A stretch of DNA of 37,452 nt from Malacoraja senta (Eukaryota). The translations under genes were made by a program, and so were the position numbers. This document shows, in pieces, positions 33,178 to 37,452 of the stretch. Within the stretch, counting starts at the first letter, position 1; each line of letters begins with the position of its first letter. The stretch spans positions 62,001-99,452 of the forward strand of contig JAXLNO010000181.1 of assembly GCA_038087875.1 (NCBI GenBank), in the 5' to 3' direction. Below the pieces are notes generated by a model that did no database searches, was not told the DNA's origin, and was given only the letters and a program-made list of their open reading frames with translations.

Positions 33178-35894
33178 GCCTAAGCCTAAGCCTAAGCCTA
33201 AGCCTAAGCCTAAGCCTAAACCTAAGCCTAAGCCTAAGCCAAAGCCTAAGCCTAAGCCTAAGCCTAAGCCTAAGCCAAAGCCTAAGCCTAAGCCTAAGAC
33301 TAAGCCTAAGCCTAAGCCTAAGCCTAAGCCTAAGCCTAAGCCTAAGCCAAAGCCTAAGCCTAATCCAAAGCCAAAGCCTAAGCCTAAGCCTAAGCCTAAG
33401 CCTAAGACTAAGCCTAAGCCTAAGCCTAAGCCTAAGCCTAAGCCTAAGCCTAAGCCTAAGCCTAAGCCTAAGCCTAAGCCTAAGCCTAAGCCTAAGCCTA
33501 AGCCTAAGCCTAAGCCTAAGCCTAAGCCTAAGCCAACGCCTAAGCCTAAGCCTAAGCCTAAGCCTAAGCCTAAGCCTAAGCCTAAGCCTAAGCCTAAGCC
33601 TAAGCCTAAGCCTAAGCCTAAGCCTAAGCCAAAGCCAAAGCCAAAGCCAAAGCCAAAGCCTAAGCCAAAGCCAAAGCCAAAGCCAAAGCCAAAGCCAAAG
33701 CCAAAGCCAAAGCCAAAGCCAAAGCCAAAGCCAAAGCCAAAGCCAAAGCCAAAGCCAAAGCCAAAGCCAAAGCCAAAGCCAAAGCCAAAGCCAAAGCCAA
33801 AGCCAAAGCCAAAGCCAAAGCCAAAGCCAAAGCCTAAGCCAAAGCCAAAGCCAAAGCCAAAGCCAAAGCCAAAGCCAAAGCCAAAGCCAAAGCCAAAGCC
33901 AAAGCCAAAGCCTAAGCCAAAGCCAAAGCCAAAGCCAAAGCCTAAGCCAAAGCCAAAGCCAAAGCCAAAGCCAAAGCCAAAGCCAAAGCCAAAGCCAAAG
34001 CCAAAGCCTAAGCCAAAGCCAAAGCCAAAGCCAAAGCCAAAGCCTAAGCCAAAGCCAAAGCCAAAGCCAAAGCCTAAGCCAAAGCCAAAGCCAAAGCCAA
34101 AGCCTAAGCCTAAGCCTAAGCCAAAGCCTAAGCCTAAGCCTAAGCCTAAGCCTAAGCCTAAGCCTAAGCCTAAGCCTAAGCCTAAGCCAAAGCCAAAGCC
34201 AAAGCCTAAGCCAAAGCCAAAGCCGAAGCCGAAGCCTAAGCCTAAGCCTAAGCCTAAGCCTAAGCCAAAGCCAGAGCCAAAGCCAAAGCCAAAGCCAAAG
34301 CCAAAGCCTAAGCCTAAGCCTAAGCCAAAGCCAAAGCCAAAGCCAAAGCCAAAGCCAAAGCCAAAGCCAAAGCCAAAGCCAAAGCCAAAGCCAAAGCCAA
34401 AGCCAAAGCCTAAGCCTAAGCCAAAGCCTAAGCCTAAGCCAAAGCCAAAGCCTAAGCCTAAGCCTAAGCCTAAGCCAAAGCCTAAGCCTAAGCCTAAGCC
34501 TAAGCCTAAGCCTAAGCTTAAGCCTAAGCCTAAGCCTAAGCCTAAGCCTAAGCCTAAGCCTAAGCCTAAGCCTAAGCCTAAGCCTAAGCCTAAGCCTAAG
34601 CCTAAGCCTAAGCCTAAGCCAAAGCCAAAGCCTAAGCCAAAGCCAAAGCCAAAGCCAAAGCCAAAGCCAAAGCCAAAGCCAAAGCCAAAGCCAAAGCCAA
34701 AGCCAAAGCCAAAGCCAAAGCCAAAGCCAAAGCCAAAGCCAAAGCCAAAGCCAAAGCCAAAGCCAAAGCCAAAGCCAAAGCCAAAGCCAAAGCCAAAGCC
34801 AAAGCCAAAGCCAAAGCCAAAGCCTAAGCCTAAGCCTAAGCCTAAGCCTAAGCCTAAGCCTAAGCCTAAGCCTAAGCCTAAGCCTAAGCCAAAGCCAAAG
34901 CCAAAGCCAAAGCCAAAGCCAAAGCCAAAGCCAAAGCCAAAGCCAAAGCCAAAGCCAAAGCCAAAGCCAAAGCCAAAGCCAAAGTCAAAGCCAAAGCCAA
35001 AGCCAAAGCCAAAGCCAAAGCCAAAGCCAAAGCCAAAGCCAAAGCCAAAGCCAAAGCCAAAGCCAAAGCCAAAGCCAAAGCCAAAGCCAAAGCCAAAGCC
35101 AAAGCCAAAGCCAAAGCCAAAGCCAAAGCCAAAGCCAAAGCCAAAGCCAAAGCCAAAGCCAAAGCCAAAGCCAAAGCCTAAGCCTAAGCCAAAGCCAAAG
35201 CCAAAGCCAAAGCCAAAGCCAAAGCCTAAGCCAAAGCCAAAGCCAAAGCCTAAGCCAAAGCCAAAGCCTAAGCCTAAGCCTAAGCCTAAGCCTAAGCCTA
35301 AGCCTAAGCCTAAGCCAAAGCCTAAGCCTAAGCCTAAGCCTAAGCCTAAGCCTAAGCCAAAGCCTAAGCCTAAGCCTAAGCCTAAGCCTAAGTCTAAGCC
35401 TAAGCCTAAGCCTAAGCCTAAGCCTAAGCCAAAGCCTAAGCCTAATCCAAAGCCTAAGCCTAAGCCAAAGCCAAAGCCAAAGCCTAAGCCAAAGCCTAAG
35501 CCTAAGCCTAAGCCAACGCCTAAGCCTAAGCCTAAGCCTAAGCCTAAGCCTAAGCCTAAGCTAAGCCTAAGCCTAAGCCTAAGCCTAAGCCTAAGCCTAA
35601 GCCTAAGCCTAAGCCTAAGCCTAAGCCTAAGCCTAAGCCTAAGCCTAAGCCTAAGCCTAAGCCTAAGCCAACGCCTAAGCCTAAGCCTAAGCCTAAGCCT
35701 AAGCCTAAGCCTAAGCCTAAGCCTAAGCCTAAGCCTAAGCCTAAGCCTAAGCCTAAGCCTAAGCCTAAGCCTAAGCCAAAGCCTAAGCCAAAGCCTAAGC
35801 CAAAGCCAAAGCCTAAGCCTAAGCCTAAGCCTAAGCCTAAGCCTAAGCCTAAGCCTAAGCCTAAACCTAAGCCTAAGCCTAAGCCTAAGCCTAA
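33178..35894 (+). repeat. Higher-order repeat family C, copy 3 (leader module plus core)
   Basis: Leader: ACCTAA 33220, TCCAAA 33364, GACTAA 33406, GCCAAC 33532. Core: GCCGAA 34222/34228, GCTTAA 34516, TCCAAA 35446, GCCAAC 35512 and 35667, ACCTAA 35865. Confidence 0.88.
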
Positions 35895-37452
35895 GCCAAA
35901 GCCAAAGCCAAAGCCAAAGCCAAAGCCAAAGCCAAAGCCAAAGCCAAAGCCAAAGCCAAAGCCAAAGCCAAAGCCAAAGCCAAAGCCAAAGCCAAAGCCA
36001 AAGCCAAAGCCAAAGCCAAAGCCAAAGCCAAAGCCAAAGCCAAAGCCAAAGCCAAAGCCAAAGCCAAAGCCAAAGCCAAAGCCAAAGCCAAAGCCAAAGC
36101 CAAAGCCAAAGCCAAAGCCAAAGCCAAAGCCAAAGCCAAAGCCAAAGCCAAAGCCAAAGCCAAAGCCAAAGCCAAAGCCAAAGCCAAAGCCAAAGCCAAA
36201 GCCAAAGCCAAAGCCAAAGCCAAAGCCAAAGCCAAAGCCAAAGCCAAAGCCAAAGCCAAAGCCAAAGCCAAAGCCAAAGCCAAAGCCAAAGCCAAAGCCA
36301 AAGCCAAAGCCAAAGCCAAAAGCCAAAGCCAAAGCCAAAGCCAAAGCCAAAGCCAAAGCCAAAGCCAAAGCCAAAGCCAAAGCCAAAGCCAAAGCCAAAG
36401 CCAAAGCCAAAGCCAAAGCCAAAGCCAAAGCCAAAGCCAAAGCCAAAGCCAAAGCCAAAGCCAAAGCCAAAGCCAAAGCCAAAGCCAAAGCCAAAGCCAA
36501 AGCCAAAGCCAAAGCCAAAGCCAAAGCCAAAGCCAAAGCCAAAGCCAAAGCCAAAGCCAAAGCCAAAGCCAAAGCCAAAGCCAAAGCCAAAGCCAAAGCC
36601 AAAGCCAAAGCCAAAGCCAAAGCCAAAGCCAAAGCCAAAGCCAAAGCCAAAGCCAAAGCCAAAGCCAAAGCCAAAGCAAAGCCAAAGCCAAAGCCAAAGC
36701 CAAAGCCAAAGCCAAAGAAGCCAAAGCCAAAGCCAAAGCCAAAGCCAAAGCCAAAGCCAAAGCCAAAGCCAAAGCCAAAGCCAAAGCCAAAGCCAAAGCC
36801 AAAGCCAAAGCCAAAGCCAAAGCCAAAGCCAAAGCCAAAGCCAAAGCCAAAGCCAAAGCCAAAGCCAAAGCCAAAGCCAAAGCCAAAGCCAAGCCAAAGC
36901 CAAAGCCAAAGCCAAAGCCAAAGCCAAAGCCAAAGCCAAAGCCAAAGCCAAAGCCAAAGCCAAGCCAAAGCCAAAGCCAAAGCCAAAGCCAAAGCCAAAG
37001 CCAAAGCCAAAGCCAAAGCCAAAGCCAAAGCCAAAGCCAAAGCCAAAGCCAAAGCCAAAGCCAAAGCCAAAGCCAAAGCCAAAGCCAAAGCCAAAGCCAA
37101 AGCCAAAGCCAAAGCCAAAGCCAAAGCCAAAGCCAAAGCCAAAGCAAAGCCAAAGCCAAAGCCAAAGCCAAAGCCAAAGCCAAAGCCAAAGCCAAAGCCA
37201 AAGCAAAGCCAAAGCCAAAGCCAAAGCCAAAGCCAAAGCCAAAGCCAAGCCAAAGCAAAGCAAAGCCAAAGCCAAAGCCAAAGCCAAGCCAAGCCAAAGC
37301 CAAAGCAAAGCCAAAGCCAAAGCCAAAGCCAAAGCCAAAGCCAAAGCCAAAGCAAAGCCAAAGCAAAGCCAAAGCAAAGCCAAAGCCAAAGCCAAAGCCA
37401 AAGCCAAAGCCAAAGCCAAAGCCAAAGCCAAAGCAAAAGCCAAAGCCAAAGC
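35895..37452 (+). repeat. Terminal (GCCAAA)n tract of at least 1.55 kb, increasingly indel-rich toward the window end
   Basis: No GCCTAA after 35894. Many GCAAA and GCCAA single-base deletions occur after about 36670. Confidence 0.9.

Larger units (their letters stand above)
1..37452 (+). repeat. Telomere-type hexamer array (GCCNAA)n = (TTNGGC)n; mix of canonical nematode telomere repeat TTAGGC with majority variant TTTGGC and minor TTCGGC
   Basis: Essentially every base belongs to a GCCTAA, GCCAAA or GCCGAA unit or a one-base derivative (about 6,200 units from length/6). The C-rich strand is on + throughout. TTAGGC as the nematode telomere repeat is established knowledge; the taxon is an inference. 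Confidence 0.97.

Noticed and set aside
373..34275. Singleton variants such as GCCGTA 373, GCCTGA 781, GCCTTA 2191, GCGTAA 11543 and GCCAGA 34270 as meaningful sites
   Set aside because: Each was seen once and is not reproduced in homologous copies, so they cannot be distinguished from point mutations or sequencing errors.
969..37449. All minus-strand ORFs in the track (poly-LA, GF, GL, LW, LR dipeptides up to 2855 aa)
   Set aside because: They are direct translations of TTTGGC/TTAGGC. The 'M' starts are TTG codons inside the repeat, and frame changes follow single-base indels. They show no protein-like complexity.
1..37452. CRISPR array
   Set aside because: There are no unique spacers, no 23-50-bp direct repeat and no cas genes; the sequence is a contiguous hexamer.
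1..37452. Ordinary telomerase-synthesised terminal telomere tract
   Set aside because: Canonical units are the minority, neither window end is a pure canonical run, and kilobase-scale patterns repeat. A canonical cap could still lie to the left of position 1, outside the window.
1..37452. GCCAAA/GCCGAA as systematic nanopore miscalls of GCCTAA
   Set aside because: Telomere-repeat miscalling is a known artefact, but it would not be expected to reproduce the same unit-by-unit pattern and rare markers in several copies kilobases apart. It is considered unlikely but is not formally excluded without orthogonal reads.
36670..37452. Biological degeneration of repeats marking a subtelomere boundary
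   Set aside because: The changes are almost all single-base deletions in homopolymers (GCAAA, GCCAA) that rise toward the end. This is typical of falling read quality or coverage, and no unique sequence appears.
1..37452. Embedded telomere-specific retrotransposon, TALT-like unique template, RNA gene or promoter
   Set aside because: I found no non-repeat stretch longer than about 20 bases anywhere in the window.

Overview
The whole 37,452-bp window is one array of the hexamer GCCNAA (+ strand; TTNGGC on the - strand), in a single orientation and with no unique sequence, genes, RNAs or mobile elements. GCCTAA is the C-strand of the canonical nematode telomere repeat TTAGGC (Caenorhabditis, Ascaris and others), but by eye it is only about a third of the units. 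The majority unit is the variant GCCAAA (TTTGGC), and there are three blocks of GCCGAA (TTCGGC). All ORFs in the supplied track are artefacts of translating the repeat. The main signal is that the order of T/A/G units is not random. It forms a 'barcode' that recurs, together with rare single-unit markers (GACTAA, ACCTAA, GCCAAC, TCCAAA, GCTTAA, GGCTAA, GCATAA, GTCTAA), as nested higher-order repeats (HORs). These are a 12-bp dimer, 354-360-bp duplications, a 3.2-4.1-kb unit in three copies (5257-16395), and a 2.7-5-kb unit family in about five copies (17374-35894). This architecture points to recombination or rolling-circle copying of a variant-rich telomere-like template (ALT-like telomere or telomere-derived satellite) rather than de novo telomerase addition. 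Organism, chromosomal position and sequencing or assembly artefacts cannot be settled from the window alone. All coordinates and counts were read by eye.
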